DNA of 64,000 nucleotides from Minisyncoccota bacterium (GTDB taxonomy: Bacteria; Patescibacteriota; Minisyncoccia; Phycocordibacterales; CAJBRS01): positions 208,411 through 272,410 of the forward strand of contig DASRDX010000009.1 in the NCBI GenBank assembly GCA_035652395.1. The letters run 5' to 3'. The translations under genes and the position numbers were made by a program. The notes beneath the pieces are model-generated. The model was given only the letters and a program-made list of their open reading frames with translations. It was not told the DNA's origin and made no database searches. Below, one piece after another: positions 40,434-50,951 of this stretch; position 1 is the first letter of the stretch; each line of letters opens with the position of its first letter.

Positions 40434-41165
40434 ATGACGACAAAATTCGCCATCAAAACCGAACAATTTGAAGGGCCTCTTGATCTGCTTTTAAACCTGA
40501 TTGAGAAGCGAAAGCTTCTGATTAACGACATCTCTCTAGCCAAAGTGACCGATGATTATCTGGGCTATTTAAAAAATCTACCTCAATTTTCCATTCCGGA
40601 AAGCGCCAATTTTATATTAATTGCTTCTACTCTGGTTCTTATAAAGTCCAGATCTTTATTGCCGGTAATCAGCCTCTCGGAGGAAGAAGAAATGAGCATT
40701 GAGGAGCTTCAAGAGAGGCTTCGAGTTTACAAAATTTTGAAAGAGGCTACGGCCGGCCTGCGCGAGCACTTTGGCCGAAAGATAATTTTTCCAAAGTCAT
40801 CAACGCGAATGACGGTTTCTGTCTTTTCTCCGGCAGAGGATTTATCCCTGGACTCATTAGTAAGTTCCATGCAAAATCTCTTAGCTAATCTACCAAAGAA
40901 TGAGCGACTGCCAAAAACGGTAGTGGAAAAAGTAATTAGTCTGGAAGAGATGATTGATAGTCTGACGGTCCGCATCAAAGATTCCTTAAAGATGAGTTTT
41001 CGAGAGTTTACCAAAATTAGCAAAGAGAATAAGATAAATATTATCGTCAGCTTTCTGGCCATGCTTGAATTGGTCAAACAGGGCATAATTGATGTCACCC
41101 AAAATACCAATTTTGACGATATTCATATGGAAACTCAAAGTCTTGAAACTCCAAAATATAATTGA
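40434..41165 (+). CDS. scpA: Segregation and condensation protein A
   Basis: FEGPLDLLL.LI, A.FI..AS.L..IKSR.LLP, FLA.LEL.K.G. Confidence 0.95.
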   Translation: MTTKFAIKTEQFEGPLDLLLNLIEKRKLLINDISLAKVTDDYLGYLKNLPQFSIPESANFILIASTLVLIKSRSLLPVISLSEEEEMSIEELQERLRVYKILKEATAGLREHFGRKIIFPKSSTRMTVSVFSPAEDLSLDSLVSSMQNLLANLPKNERLPKTVVEKVISLEEMIDSLTVRIKDSLKMSFREFTKISKENKINIIVSFLAMLELVKQGIIDVTQNTNFDDIHMETQSLETPKYN

Positions 41166-41167
41166 CC

Positions 41168-41773
41168 ATGAATCTGGAAAATAAAATTGAAGCAATTCTG
41201 TTTTGGAAGGGCGAGCCGCTCTCTATCAAGCGGCTCGCCGACATTCTCAAAAAAGATCCAGCCGAAATTGAAGCGGCTCTTACCACTCTGGAAAGAAGGC
41301 TGGAAACCGGCGGTTTGGTTCTAATGCGAAAAGAAGATGAAGTGATGCTCGGAACCGCTCCGGCTCTTTCAAAAATGATTGAGGATCTGGCCAAGGAAGA
41401 ACTGACTAAAGATTTGGGGCGAGCCGGTCTCGAAACTCTTTCCGTTATTCTTTACAAAGGGCCGATTACCCGTCGCGAAATTGATTTTATCCGCGGAGTT
41501 AATTCCACTTTTATTTTGAGACATCTTCTGATTCGCGGTTTAGTCGAAAAAATTACTAACCCAAAAGACGAGCGAAGCTTCCTCTACAAGCCAACTTTTG
41601 AACTACTGTCTTATCTTGGGGCAAGTCGCCTGGAAAGCATCCCGAATTATCAGGAAGTTCTCACCCAATTGAATGATTTCCAAAAAGCTGAAGAGAAGTC
41701 GGAAGTCGAAAGTGAAGGAGAAACAACCAGCGAGCCTTCGGAAGAAAACCTGGAACCAGTTCAGAATGAATAG
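41168..41773 (+). CDS. scpB: Segregation and condensation protein B
   Basis: IEAILF...EPL, L...LETLS.I.Y..PITR.EI..IRGVNS. Confidence 0.95.
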   Translation: MNLENKIEAILFWKGEPLSIKRLADILKKDPAEIEAALTTLERRLETGGLVLMRKEDEVMLGTAPALSKMIEDLAKEELTKDLGRAGLETLSVILYKGPITRREIDFIRGVNSTFILRHLLIRGLVEKITNPKDERSFLYKPTFELLSYLGASRLESIPNYQEVLTQLNDFQKAEEKSEVESEGETTSEPSEENLEPVQNE

Positions 41774-42758
41774 AATAAGAAAGGAAACTTTTAAAAAATG
41801 GGTGATTGGAACCTTAGCGGTGGTTGTTTTTTTCATTTTGGTGTATGCCCCTTCTAAACGCGACACCGTTACCAATCCAAACAACGAAGCATCTTCGACA
41901 GTCCCGGTCCCGGCGTCGCTACCAACTGTCGGTCTTTTTGATCATCTTAAACTTCAGGCCAAAGCTGCGTACGTTCTCGACATCACTACCAATCAGGTTA
42001 TCTTCGCCAAAAATGAAAACACGCCGTTGCCCCTCGCTTCCATAACCAAGCTAATGACAGCTTTTGTTGGCTCAAAATTTTTAGACGATAAGGCCACTGT
42101 AACTATCTCCACTTCTTCCGCAGCGATTGAGGGTGAGAGTGGCCTCCAGCCAAATGAGCTCTGGACTTTCAAGGATTTAAGAAATTTTACTCTGATGGTT
42201 TCTTCCAACGATGGCGCCAACGCCATCGCTTTGGCCGTTGCCACTACCATCGCCACTCATTCAAGCTCAACGGATCCGACTATCTCCGGTCTAAGTAGCA
42301 GCACTCTCGAGGCTCTCTTCGCCAATGAAATGAATACAGCAGCCGCTTCATTAAATCTTCCTACTTTGCATTTTCAAAATTCCACCGGCCTCGATGTCGA
42401 TACGACAACTCCGGGAGCAATTGGTTCGGCTAAAGATGTAAGTGAATTCTTACGCTATCTTGTTCAAACTCATCCCGATATTGTGGAAATCACTAAAAAT
42501 AATCGGTTTAAGTTCACTTCATTGAGCGGTATAAATCATACGGCGGTAAATACCGACGAAGATATCACTAGGATTTCCGGAATTATTGCTTCGAAAACCG
42601 GCTACACTTTGCTTGCTGGTGGAAACCTGGTTATTGCATATAACCCAGGACTGATTCACCCGATTATTATCACCGTGCTTGGCTCAACTGCGGCTGGCCG
42701 ATTTAGCGATACTTTGGCTCTAGCTTCCTCTACTCGCGCCTATCTCAAGAGCCAATAA
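41766..42758 (+). CDS. D-alanyl-D-alanine carboxypeptidase, peptidase S11
   Basis: N-terminal TM; ASITK (SxxK), SSN, KTG motifs. Confidence 0.9.
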   Translation: MNRIRKETFKKWVIGTLAVVVFFILVYAPSKRDTVTNPNNEASSTVPVPASLPTVGLFDHLKLQAKAAYVLDITTNQVIFAKNENTPLPLASITKLMTAFVGSKFLDDKATVTISTSSAAIEGESGLQPNELWTFKDLRNFTLMVSSNDGANAIALAVATTIATHSSSTDPTISGLSSSTLEALFANEMNTAAASLNLPTLHFQNSTGLDVDTTTPGAIGSAKDVSEFLRYLVQTHPDIVEITKNNRFKFTSLSGINHTAVNTDEDITRISGIIASKTGYTLLAGGNLVIAYNPGLIHPIIITVLGSTAAGRFSDTLALASSTRAYLKSQ

Positions 42759-42785
42759 TGCCTCTTTTTAGGCTATAATTCTCCT

Positions 42786-43841
42786 ATGATTCTCAGTACG
42801 GTTAAAGTCTTTGTCCCCGCCATTCTTTCCTTTCTGGTCGGTCTGGCTATTACGCCAAGCATTAGCAACATTCTCTATCGGCGTCGGATGTGGAAAAACC
42901 GCTCTCGAAGCGCTGAAAACAAGGATTATGTCACTCCTGAGTTTCAGAAAATCCATAATCACGGCGGCGAAACTTCAACTCCGCGAATTGGCGGCATCAT
43001 TGTCTGGCTTTCCGTTTTGATTTCCACGCTTTTACTTTCTTTGAATTCCTTTATATTTCCGAGTCGTCTGAATATTAAATTAAATTTCTTAAGTCAGAAT
43101 CAAACTTTACTGCCACTTTTTACTCTGGTTTTGGCGTCGTTGATCGGCCTTCTTGACGATCTTCTGCAAATTTATAGCACTCGAATTGAATTAAGTGACG
43201 GGCTCAATCGACGTTTGCGAGTCTTAATCGTTCTTTTTCTCGGCTCCATCGGCGCTTGGTGGTTTTATTTTAAGTTAAAAAATTTCGGCGTTCATGTGCC
43301 GTTTTGGCAGGACGTTGATTTAGGCATTTCTTTCATCCCATTTTTTATTATCGTCATGCTCGGCGTCTTTTCTGGTTCGGTCATTGATGGCATCGATGGC
43401 TTGGCCGGCGGCGTCCTGGCTTCTTCCTTTGGCGCCTACATGATCATTGCCTTTGTTCACAACCAGATTGACTTGGCCGCCTTCTGCGCCGTGATTGTCG
43501 GCGGAATTCTGGCTTTCTTATGGTTCAATATTCCACCCGCTCGCTTTTATATGGGGGAGACAGGCATGCTGGGACTAACCGTTACTCTGGCTATCATCGC
43601 TTTTCTGACGAATTCCGTTTTAGTTTTGCCTTTAATCGCTTTTCCGCTTTTCATTACTTCTCTTTCAGTAATTATTCAGAGAATTGCTAAAACCAGATTT
43701 AATCGAAAGATTTTTATAGTAGCGCCGCTCCATCATCATTTTGAGGCCTCCGGTTGGCCATCTTACAAAGTAACGATGCGCTTCTGGATTATTTCCGTTG
43801 TCTTCGCCTTAATCGGAGCAATTATTGCTATCATAAGTTGA
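42786..43841 (+). CDS. mraY: Phospho-N-acetylmuramoyl-pentapeptide transferase
   Basis: TP..GG, GLLDD, DGIDGL, FLWFN.PPA.FYMG, APLHHHFE. Confidence 0.93.
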   Translation: MILSTVKVFVPAILSFLVGLAITPSISNILYRRRMWKNRSRSAENKDYVTPEFQKIHNHGGETSTPRIGGIIVWLSVLISTLLLSLNSFIFPSRLNIKLNFLSQNQTLLPLFTLVLASLIGLLDDLLQIYSTRIELSDGLNRRLRVLIVLFLGSIGAWWFYFKLKNFGVHVPFWQDVDLGISFIPFFIIVMLGVFSGSVIDGIDGLAGGVLASSFGAYMIIAFVHNQIDLAAFCAVIVGGILAFLWFNIPPARFYMGETGMLGLTVTLAIIAFLTNSVLVLPLIAFPLFITSLSVIIQRIAKTRFNRKIFIVAPLHHHFEASGWPSYKVTMRFWIISVVFALIGAIIAIIS

Positions 43842-44935
43842 TGAAAGCTGTCGACAAACCATTTTTGATTTCTATCCTGATCTTAGTCATTGCTGGTCTT
43901 TTTATTTTTAGTTCAGCCTCTCTCGGACTTTTAGCCGGCAGCGGCGCCACCTTTAAATCCGTTCTGATAAACCAAATAGTTTTGGGAGTGGTGCTGGGGT
44001 CGCTGGCCTGTTATATCAACAATAAAATTCCATATAAGTTCTGGCGAAAATACGCTCTTTTTATCTTTGTCGGCTCCATCTTATCGGTGCTCCTAATTTT
44101 TGTTCCTCATATTGGATTCAAATACAATGGCGCCAGGCGCTGGATTAGTTTAGGTAGTTTTTCTCTGCAACCATCAGAGATTTTCAAAGTTGGTTTTGTT
44201 ATCTATTTTGCCGCTTGGCTTTCGGGTGTAAAGCAAAAAGTGGATACTTTTAAATATGGCAGCCTGCCATTCGCCATTTTAATTGCCATCGCTGCCATCC
44301 TAATGTTAATAGAACCTGACACCGCCACCTTCGGAGTGATTTTTATTGCCGGACTTTCAATGTTTGTGGTTGCAGGTTGTCGTTGGCGGGATCTTTTTAT
44401 TCTGGGACTTATCGGCATTATCGGCATCGGGGTTTTATATGTCAGTCGCCCTTACATTCGACAGCGAATTGATACTTTTATCCATCCGGCCAATGACGCA
44501 CTGGGGAGCGGCTACCAAATTCAGCAGTCCTTAATCGCCATAGGAGCCGGGCGACTTACCGGTAGGGGATTTGGTCAAAGTATTCAGAAATTCAATTATT
44601 TACCGGAGCCGATTGGCGACTCTATTTTTGCCGTGGCAGCAGAAGAATTCGGTTTTGTGGGCGCTAGTTTAATTATTTTGCTTTATCTTTTCTTTACCTT
44701 TCGTGGCCTGCGCATTGCGGCTCAAACCCCGGATCTCTTCGGTAGACTATTAGTAACAGGGCTTGTTATACTGATTTTAGCCGAGTCCTTCATTAATATT
44801 GCTTCCATGTTGGGTATTTTGCCGGTTTCCGGAATTCCGCTTCTCTTTATCAGTCACGGTGGCACCGCTCTTTTTTTCACTTTGGCCGAAGTCGGAATTA
44901 TTTTAAATGTCTCACGATACACATCCAAAAGATAA
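43841..44935 (+). CDS. ftsW: SEDS peptidoglycan glycosyltransferase FtsW
   Basis: GARRW, QPSE..K, EPD, GYQI.QSLIAIG.G, LPE...D.IF....EE.G, PLLFISHGG; located between mraY and murG. Confidence 0.92.
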   Translation: MKAVDKPFLISILILVIAGLFIFSSASLGLLAGSGATFKSVLINQIVLGVVLGSLACYINNKIPYKFWRKYALFIFVGSILSVLLIFVPHIGFKYNGARRWISLGSFSLQPSEIFKVGFVIYFAAWLSGVKQKVDTFKYGSLPFAILIAIAAILMLIEPDTATFGVIFIAGLSMFVVAGCRWRDLFILGLIGIIGIGVLYVSRPYIRQRIDTFIHPANDALGSGYQIQQSLIAIGAGRLTGRGFGQSIQKFNYLPEPIGDSIFAVAAEEFGFVGASLIILLYLFFTFRGLRIAAQTPDLFGRLLVTGLVILILAESFINIASMLGILPVSGIPLLFISHGGTALFFTLAEVGIILNVSRYTSKR

Positions 44936-45008
44936 GTTATAGAGTTTATAAAGTTCATAAAGACTACTTTACGGACTTTTAAACCTTAAGAACTTCTAAC
45001 CTTTTAAA
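44934..45008. repeat. Short degenerate 8-9-nt repeat tract with inverted halves
   Basis: AAGTTATAG-AGTTTATAA-AGTTCATAA followed by ACTTT/ACCTT/ACTT units. Confidence 0.4.
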
Positions 45009-46136
45009 ATGAAAATTGTTTTCTGTGGTGGAGGGACGGGCGGACATTTCTATCCACTAATTGCCGTGGCCGAGGAATTGCGAGCTGTAATGCGCGAAGA
45101 GAAATTGCTGGAAGCCCAAATATATTATTTAGCGCCGGTTCCGTATTCGAGTAAAATTCTTTTTGATCACGACATCACTTACAAGAAAATTGAGGCTGGT
45201 AAGGTCCGCCGCTACCGATCCATTTTAAATTTTTTCGACCTATTTAAAACCGGCTGGGGAGTAATACGCGCTTTATGGAAAGTCTTTTGGATTTATCCGG
45301 ATGTGGTTTTTGGCAAAGGTGGTTACATGAGTTTTCCGGTGCTTTTCGCCGCCAAACTTTTGAAAATTCCAGTAATTATTCACGAGTCCGATACGGTTCC
45401 GGGTAAAGTAAACCTCTGGGCTGGTAAGTTTGCCAGAGCCATTGCTATTTCGTATCCGGAAACAGCCAGTTATTTTCCAAAAGACAAAACGGTTTATACC
45501 GGCAATCCTATTCGCAAGGAAATTATGATTCCGGCCACAGAAGGATCATTTGAGTTTCTGAATCTTCAAAGAGAAGTTCCGACAATTTTAATTCTGGGCG
45601 GCTCGCAGGGCGCAAAAATCATTAACGAAAGATTACTCGATTGTCTGGCGCCGTTAGTAGAAAACTTTCAGGTTATTCACCAAACCGGTCGTAAAAATAT
45701 TGAAGAAGTGAAAGGGCGGGCCAAAGTCATCTTGGAGAAACGACCGCACCCGGAAAGATATAAACCTTTTGATTATCTAAATGATTTGGCTCTACGAATG
45801 GCGGCCGGTGCCAGTAAATTGGTAATTTCTCGCAGCGGTTCCACTTTATTTGAAATTGCCGCCTGGGGGTTGCCCAGCATCATGATCCCTATTCCGGAAA
45901 AAGTTAGTCATGATCAACGCGAAAATGCTTATGCGTATGCCAGAAGTGGAGCGGCGGTGGTGATTGAGCAGGAGAATCTGACACCGGAAATTATGCTTTC
46001 CGAGATAAAAAGAATTATGACTAATCCGGAAATTTATCAGAAAATGCAGAAGGCGGCTAAAGATTTTGCCAAACTGGACGCAGCCAAGAAAATTGCCCAA
46101 GAAATCATTGCCTTGGGATTGGAACACCAGAACTAG
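45009..46136 (+). CDS. murG: Undecaprenyl-PP-MurNAc-pentapeptide GlcNAc transferase
   Basis: GGGTGGHFYP, GGY.S.P, HE....G..N, GNPIR, GGSQGA, Q..NA. Confidence 0.97.
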   Translation: MKIVFCGGGTGGHFYPLIAVAEELRAVMREEKLLEAQIYYLAPVPYSSKILFDHDITYKKIEAGKVRRYRSILNFFDLFKTGWGVIRALWKVFWIYPDVVFGKGGYMSFPVLFAAKLLKIPVIIHESDTVPGKVNLWAGKFARAIAISYPETASYFPKDKTVYTGNPIRKEIMIPATEGSFEFLNLQREVPTILILGGSQGAKIINERLLDCLAPLVENFQVIHQTGRKNIEEVKGRAKVILEKRPHPERYKPFDYLNDLALRMAAGASKLVISRSGSTLFEIAAWGLPSIMIPIPEKVSHDQRENAYAYARSGAAVVIEQENLTPEIMLSEIKRIMTNPEIYQKMQKAAKDFAKLDAAKKIAQEIIALGLEHQN

Positions 46137-46139
46137 ATT

Positions 46140-47513
46140 ATGGAGCAAACTAATAAACCGAAAATTATCACTCGTTTTCCACCGAGTCCGACCGGTTTTC
46201 TTCATATTGGTCGGGCTCGTACCGCTCTTTTTAATTTTTTATTTACCCGGAAAAACGGCGGAGAAATGGTTTTCCGATTGGAAGATACCGACAAGGAAAG
46301 ATCCAAAAGCGAATTCGAGCAGGATATTGTTGAAAGTTTAAAGTGGCTGGGTATTTCATATGATCAAGGCCCTTTTAGGCAATCAGAGAGGACGGGAGAA
46401 TATCAAAAATATTTAAAGAGGCTTCTGGAAAGTGGAGCAGCTTATAAATCAATAGAACCCAAAAAAGAAAATCCCACTGAAAATATAGAAGTGGTGCGCT
46501 TCAAGAATCCAAATAAGAAAATTAAATGGAATGATTTAATTCGCGGCGAAGTTGAGTTTGATACAACGGATTTGAAGGATTTTGTCATTGCCCGAACTAT
46601 CGATGATCCGCTTTATCATCTGACAGTGGTAGTAGATGACTTTGAAATGGGAATTACCCACGTCCTTCGGGGTGAGGATCATATTTCAAATACACCGCGC
46701 CAGATTTTAATTCAGGAAGCGATTGGGGCGCCACGACCAGTGTATGCTCACATTCCTCTAATTCTGGCGCCGGATCGTTCAAAACTTTCAGGCCGACACG
46801 GAGCAGTCAGTGTGACAGAGTATCGCGCGATGGGGTATCTACCGGAGGCTTTAGTTAATTATCTGGCGTTACTTGGCTGGAATCCGGGGACAGAGCAAGA
46901 AATTTTTTCAATGGAAGAATTGATTGGTGAGTTTGATATCGGAGCGGTTCAGAAAGGTGGCGCCATTTTTGATTTGGTGAAATTAAAATGGATTAATAAG
47001 GAACATATTAAGTTGATGCCGGAGGAAGGGTTTGCTGAGGAAGTAAAGAAGTGGCTGCCGGAAGAAATTAAAGAGGCGGCAAAATTTTCGACTGTTTTTC
47101 CGAAAATTTTGCCTCTCCTTCGAGAGCGTATTTCTACTTTTGGAGAGCTTAAAGAAATGGCCGAAGCGGGTGAAATTCAGTACTTTTTTGAGCCGCCTCA
47201 ATATGACCCTCAAAGTCTCCTTTGTCCGCCTAAACAGCGAAAGGGTCAGGAGCTGGAATTAGGGGCCTTAAAACCGATTTTAGAGGCTTTAAAGGGCTTA
47301 TTAGAGCCACTTTTAGACAATTTTGACCGAAATTTTATAAAGGATACAATTTGGCCATACGCGGAAAAGCAGGGTAGAGCGGTAGTCCTTTGGGCCATGC
47401 GATATGCATTAAGCGGCCGCGACAAATCGCCCGATCCTTTCACCTTGGCCGAGATTCTCGGCAAAGACGAAACCTTGAGACGTTTAGATAATGCCATTTC
47501 TAAAATTAAATAA
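46140..47513 (+). CDS. gltX: Glutamate--tRNA ligase
   Basis: RFPPSPTGFLHIG, R.EDTD..RS, VVDD..M.ITHV.RGEDH.SNT, KLSGR. Confidence 0.96.
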   Translation: MEQTNKPKIITRFPPSPTGFLHIGRARTALFNFLFTRKNGGEMVFRLEDTDKERSKSEFEQDIVESLKWLGISYDQGPFRQSERTGEYQKYLKRLLESGAAYKSIEPKKENPTENIEVVRFKNPNKKIKWNDLIRGEVEFDTTDLKDFVIARTIDDPLYHLTVVVDDFEMGITHVLRGEDHISNTPRQILIQEAIGAPRPVYAHIPLILAPDRSKLSGRHGAVSVTEYRAMGYLPEALVNYLALLGWNPGTEQEIFSMEELIGEFDIGAVQKGGAIFDLVKLKWINKEHIKLMPEEGFAEEVKKWLPEEIKEAAKFSTVFPKILPLLRERISTFGELKEMAEAGEIQYFFEPPQYDPQSLLCPPKQRKGQELELGALKPILEALKGLLEPLLDNFDRNFIKDTIWPYAEKQGRAVVLWAMRYALSGRDKSPDPFTLAEILGKDETLRRLDNAISKIK

Positions 47514-48813
47514 AAAATTATTACTTGTCGGCTTCCTCATTCTAGTGGCGGCAGGCGTTTTGTTAGTCCGCCTGCCGCTCTCCACTGCCCGTGCCGACGA
47601 TGTCTCCGACCTTCAAGCTCAAATCGATCAGCGTAACGCCAATATCGCTCAACTGGAAAAAGAAATTGCTCAATATCAGGCCTTGGCCGACAAGACCAGC
47701 GCTCAAGCCAAGACTTTGCAAAATGCTATCGCCACTTTGCAAGCCAGTCAGAAAAAACTCGACGCCAGCATTAAAGTAACTCAAGATAAAATCGCCGCGG
47801 CTAACTTGGATATTCAAAAACTGGGAATTCAAATTACTGATAAACAGCAGGATATTAAAACAAATCAGGAAGTCATTGCCCAGGCCCTACGTAGCATTCA
47901 GCAAACTGATTCTGAAAGTCTTATTACTTCTTTTCTTAGCCGGAAAAATTTAGGTGATTTTTGGAATGATGTTCAAAATCTCATCACCTTTCAAAATCGG
48001 GTACGAGATAGAGTGCAAGATCTAGAGAATACCAAAGCCGGGCTGGAGAAGGATCAAGCGTCCACCACCGCTGAAAAAGTAAATCTTCAGAATTATCAGA
48101 ATCAGTTAAGCGATCAGGAAAAAGTAATCGCTTATAACAAACAGCAGCAGTCAAAACTTCTGACCGAAACTAAAAATCAGGAAAAAATTTATCAGCAGAC
48201 GATTGCCGAGAAGCAGGCAAAAAAAGCGGCCTTTGAAAAAGAGCTTTACGATTACGAGTCGCAATTGAAGTTTAAATTAAATCCGAGCAGCTTGCCAAAA
48301 GCCGGGTCGGCCGTGCTTTCCTGGCCTCTTGATAAGATCCGAATCACTCAATTATTCGGCGTCACTAACGCTTCGGCTCGATTGTACGTTTCCGGCTCTC
48401 ACAACGGTGTAGATTTTGCCGCCAGTGTCGGCACCCCGGTGAAAGCAGCGGCTGACGGTACAGTAGAAGGCGCGGCTGATACGGATTTAGTTTGTCCGGG
48501 GGCTTCATTCGGTCGTTACGTTTTTATTCGCCATTATGATGGTCTAGCCACCACTTACGGTCACCTTTCAGTCATCTCCGTGAAGGAGGGTCAGCAAGTA
48601 AAAAGAGGAGAGGTTATTGGTTACAGCGGCTCAACAGGTTACGCTACCGGTCCTCACCTTCATTTGAGTGTGTACGCTTCAGCTGCTGTCACCATGCAAA
48701 ATCTTCCCAGCAAAGTCTGCGGCAACCGTATTTATCGTTTACCAATCGCCGCTACTAACGGCTATTTAGATCCAATGTTATATCTGCCAGCATATAGCGG
48801 TCCAACGCAATAA
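47491..48813 (+). CDS. Secreted coiled-coil plus M23 peptidase (murein hydrolase)
   Basis: Signal peptide, long coiled coil, HNGVD, YGHL, GPHLH. Confidence 0.92.
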   Translation: MPFLKLNKKLLLVGFLILVAAGVLLVRLPLSTARADDVSDLQAQIDQRNANIAQLEKEIAQYQALADKTSAQAKTLQNAIATLQASQKKLDASIKVTQDKIAAANLDIQKLGIQITDKQQDIKTNQEVIAQALRSIQQTDSESLITSFLSRKNLGDFWNDVQNLITFQNRVRDRVQDLENTKAGLEKDQASTTAEKVNLQNYQNQLSDQEKVIAYNKQQQSKLLTETKNQEKIYQQTIAEKQAKKAAFEKELYDYESQLKFKLNPSSLPKAGSAVLSWPLDKIRITQLFGVTNASARLYVSGSHNGVDFAASVGTPVKAAADGTVEGAADTDLVCPGASFGRYVFIRHYDGLATTYGHLSVISVKEGQQVKRGEVIGYSGSTGYATGPHLHLSVYASAAVTMQNLPSKVCGNRIYRLPIAATNGYLDPMLYLPAYSGPTQ

Positions 48814-48865
48814 AAAACTTCGTGCAAACAAAAGGAACTAATAAAAATATTGCTATAATAGTTTT

Positions 48866-50710
48866 ATGTGCGGGATTGCCGGAATAGTCGGACAAAGTAC
48901 GCCGAATAAGGAAAAAATTATTCGGGAAATGGTTGAAAGAATTCGTCATCGCGGACCCGATGGCGATGGTTTTTATGACGGAGAGAAAGCTTCCATTGGC
49001 ATGCGGCGCCTTAGTATTATTGACCTATCCACCGGAGACCAGCCGATTTGGAACGAAACTAAAGATATTGGCATCGTTTTTAACGGTGAAATCTACAATT
49101 ATAAAATTCTTCGAGAAGAACTCCTTCAGCAAAACCACATTCTAAAGACTCACAGCGATACAGAAACACTGGTTCATTTATATGAGCAACACGGACCGGA
49201 GATGCTTTTAAAGTTGCGCGGAATGTTTACTTTCGCCATTTATGACAAAAGAAAGGAGGAACTTTTCGTGGCACGGGATTATTTTGGTATCAAACCTCTC
49301 TACTATTTCTTTGACGACTGGAAGCTGAAAGCTTTCGGCTCGGAAATTAAATCGATCCTGCTTCATCCGGATTTCAAGCCGGAATTAAATGAGAAAGCTA
49401 TTTTTAATTATCTTTCATACCAATACAATCCGTTTAAAGAAACTTTTTTTCGGCGAATTCATAAACTTTTGCCCGGTCACTATTTGCGAATTGATTTAAA
49501 TGATCAGAGTATTAAAGAAGAGAAATACTGGGGCTACCAGTTTCGAGAAAAAAATATCGATGAGGAGAAATTGAAGCGGGAAGTCCGAGAGGGAATTGAA
49601 GATTCGGTGCGAGCGCATATGATTGCCGATGTACCGGTTGGTGCTTTTCTTTCTGGAGGAATTGATAGCGCCGTCATTGTCGCCATGATGAGTAAAGTCA
49701 GAAAAGAAACCGGCGACAATCTGAAGACCTTCACTATTGGGTTCAACGAAGTCAGTGAGCAGAGCGAAGCTAAAGTGATGGCTGATCTTCTGGGGACGGA
49801 ACATACGGAAATCAGCGTTAATTCAGAAGAATATTTTAGAGAGATGCCAAAAATTGTCTGGCATTTTGATGAGCCTGTAGCCGATCCTTCGGCAGTAGCG
49901 CTTTATTTTTTGGCCAGAGAAGCCCGAAGGCACGTTAAAGTAGTGCTTAGTGGCGAGGGAAGCGACGAGCTTTTCGGCGGCTACAACATTTATCGCGAGC
50001 CTTTTGCTCTGGCGTATGCCAAATGGCTCCCAAAATCTTTGATTAGATTCTTCGCCAATCTGCCTTTTGATTTCTATGGACGCAATTATCTTCAACGTGT
50101 TCTTCTGCCAATTAGAGAGCGCTATATCGGCAACGCCTACGTTTTCCATCCGGCTGAAATAGAAAAACTTTGGAAAAGTAATCCGAACGAAAAGTTCAAC
50201 CTCAACCCACTTTACGATCAGGTCAAAACCCAGACTGATTCAGCCAAAATGCAGTTCATTGATATTCACACCTGGCTCCCAGGCGACATTCTGGCCAAGG
50301 CGGACAAAATGACTATGGCCAATTCTCTGGAGCTGCGAGTGCCGTTTTTGGATGTGGAAATTGCTAAAATTTCTGGCCGCATTCCAGAAGAATTGAAATA
50401 TAAAAATGGTAAAACCAAATACATTCTGCGCGAAGCTTTTGAAGGGATCTTACCTAAGGCCACGGCTGATCGTAAGAAGCTTGGTTTTCCCACCCCAATT
50501 CGCGCTTGGCTAAAAGATCCGAAAAAAGCCGAAGTTATTTTAAAAACGATTACCGATAATGAATATATCAGTGCTAAATTCAGTTTGAAATATATTAAGG
50601 AACTTTCTGAAAATCATCTTAATCGAAAAGAGGACAATGCCCGCAAACTCTATCTCTTATACATGCTGGCCCTTTGGTATAATGTCTTTATCAAAAATGA
50701 CGCACACTAA
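48866..50710 (+). CDS. asnB: Asparagine synthase (glutamine-hydrolysing) family amidotransferase
   Basis: N-terminal MCGIAG, HRGPD, RLSIIDL, FNGEIYN, LSGGIDS, SGEGSDELFGGY, R.PFLD. Confidence 0.93.
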   Translation: MCGIAGIVGQSTPNKEKIIREMVERIRHRGPDGDGFYDGEKASIGMRRLSIIDLSTGDQPIWNETKDIGIVFNGEIYNYKILREELLQQNHILKTHSDTETLVHLYEQHGPEMLLKLRGMFTFAIYDKRKEELFVARDYFGIKPLYYFFDDWKLKAFGSEIKSILLHPDFKPELNEKAIFNYLSYQYNPFKETFFRRIHKLLPGHYLRIDLNDQSIKEEKYWGYQFREKNIDEEKLKREVREGIEDSVRAHMIADVPVGAFLSGGIDSAVIVAMMSKVRKETGDNLKTFTIGFNEVSEQSEAKVMADLLGTEHTEISVNSEEYFREMPKIVWHFDEPVADPSAVALYFLAREARRHVKVVLSGEGSDELFGGYNIYREPFALAYAKWLPKSLIRFFANLPFDFYGRNYLQRVLLPIRERYIGNAYVFHPAEIEKLWKSNPNEKFNLNPLYDQVKTQTDSAKMQFIDIHTWLPGDILAKADKMTMANSLELRVPFLDVEIAKISGRIPEELKYKNGKTKYILREAFEGILPKATADRKKLGFPTPIRAWLKDPKKAEVILKTITDNEYISAKFSLKYIKELSENHLNRKEDNARKLYLLYMLALWYNVFIKNDAH

Positions 50711-50918
50711 ACGGCAGCAGGGAGGCTTTCTTCAGATCATATTGGTCTTAGTAATTGCGCTGGTGATTCTTCACTATCTTAATATCAGCCTACTTGAACT
50801 CTTAAGTAAGAAATCTGTCCACGACTTTTTTGTTTATGTATGGGATCTAACTAAAATTATTTGGCAAGATTTTCTTCTACTTCTAAACTTCATTCGCGGT
50901 ATTGTCCAAGGCCATTGA
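50697..50918 (+). CDS. Small membrane protein with prepilin-like N-terminus
   Basis: MTHTKRQQGG|FLQIILVLVIALVILHYL. Confidence 0.65.
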   Translation: MTHTKRQQGGFLQIILVLVIALVILHYLNISLLELLSKKSVHDFFVYVWDLTKIIWQDFLLLLNFIRGIVQGH

Positions 50919-50951
50919 CATATCTGTTTTTATATTATATTATTGAAGTAG

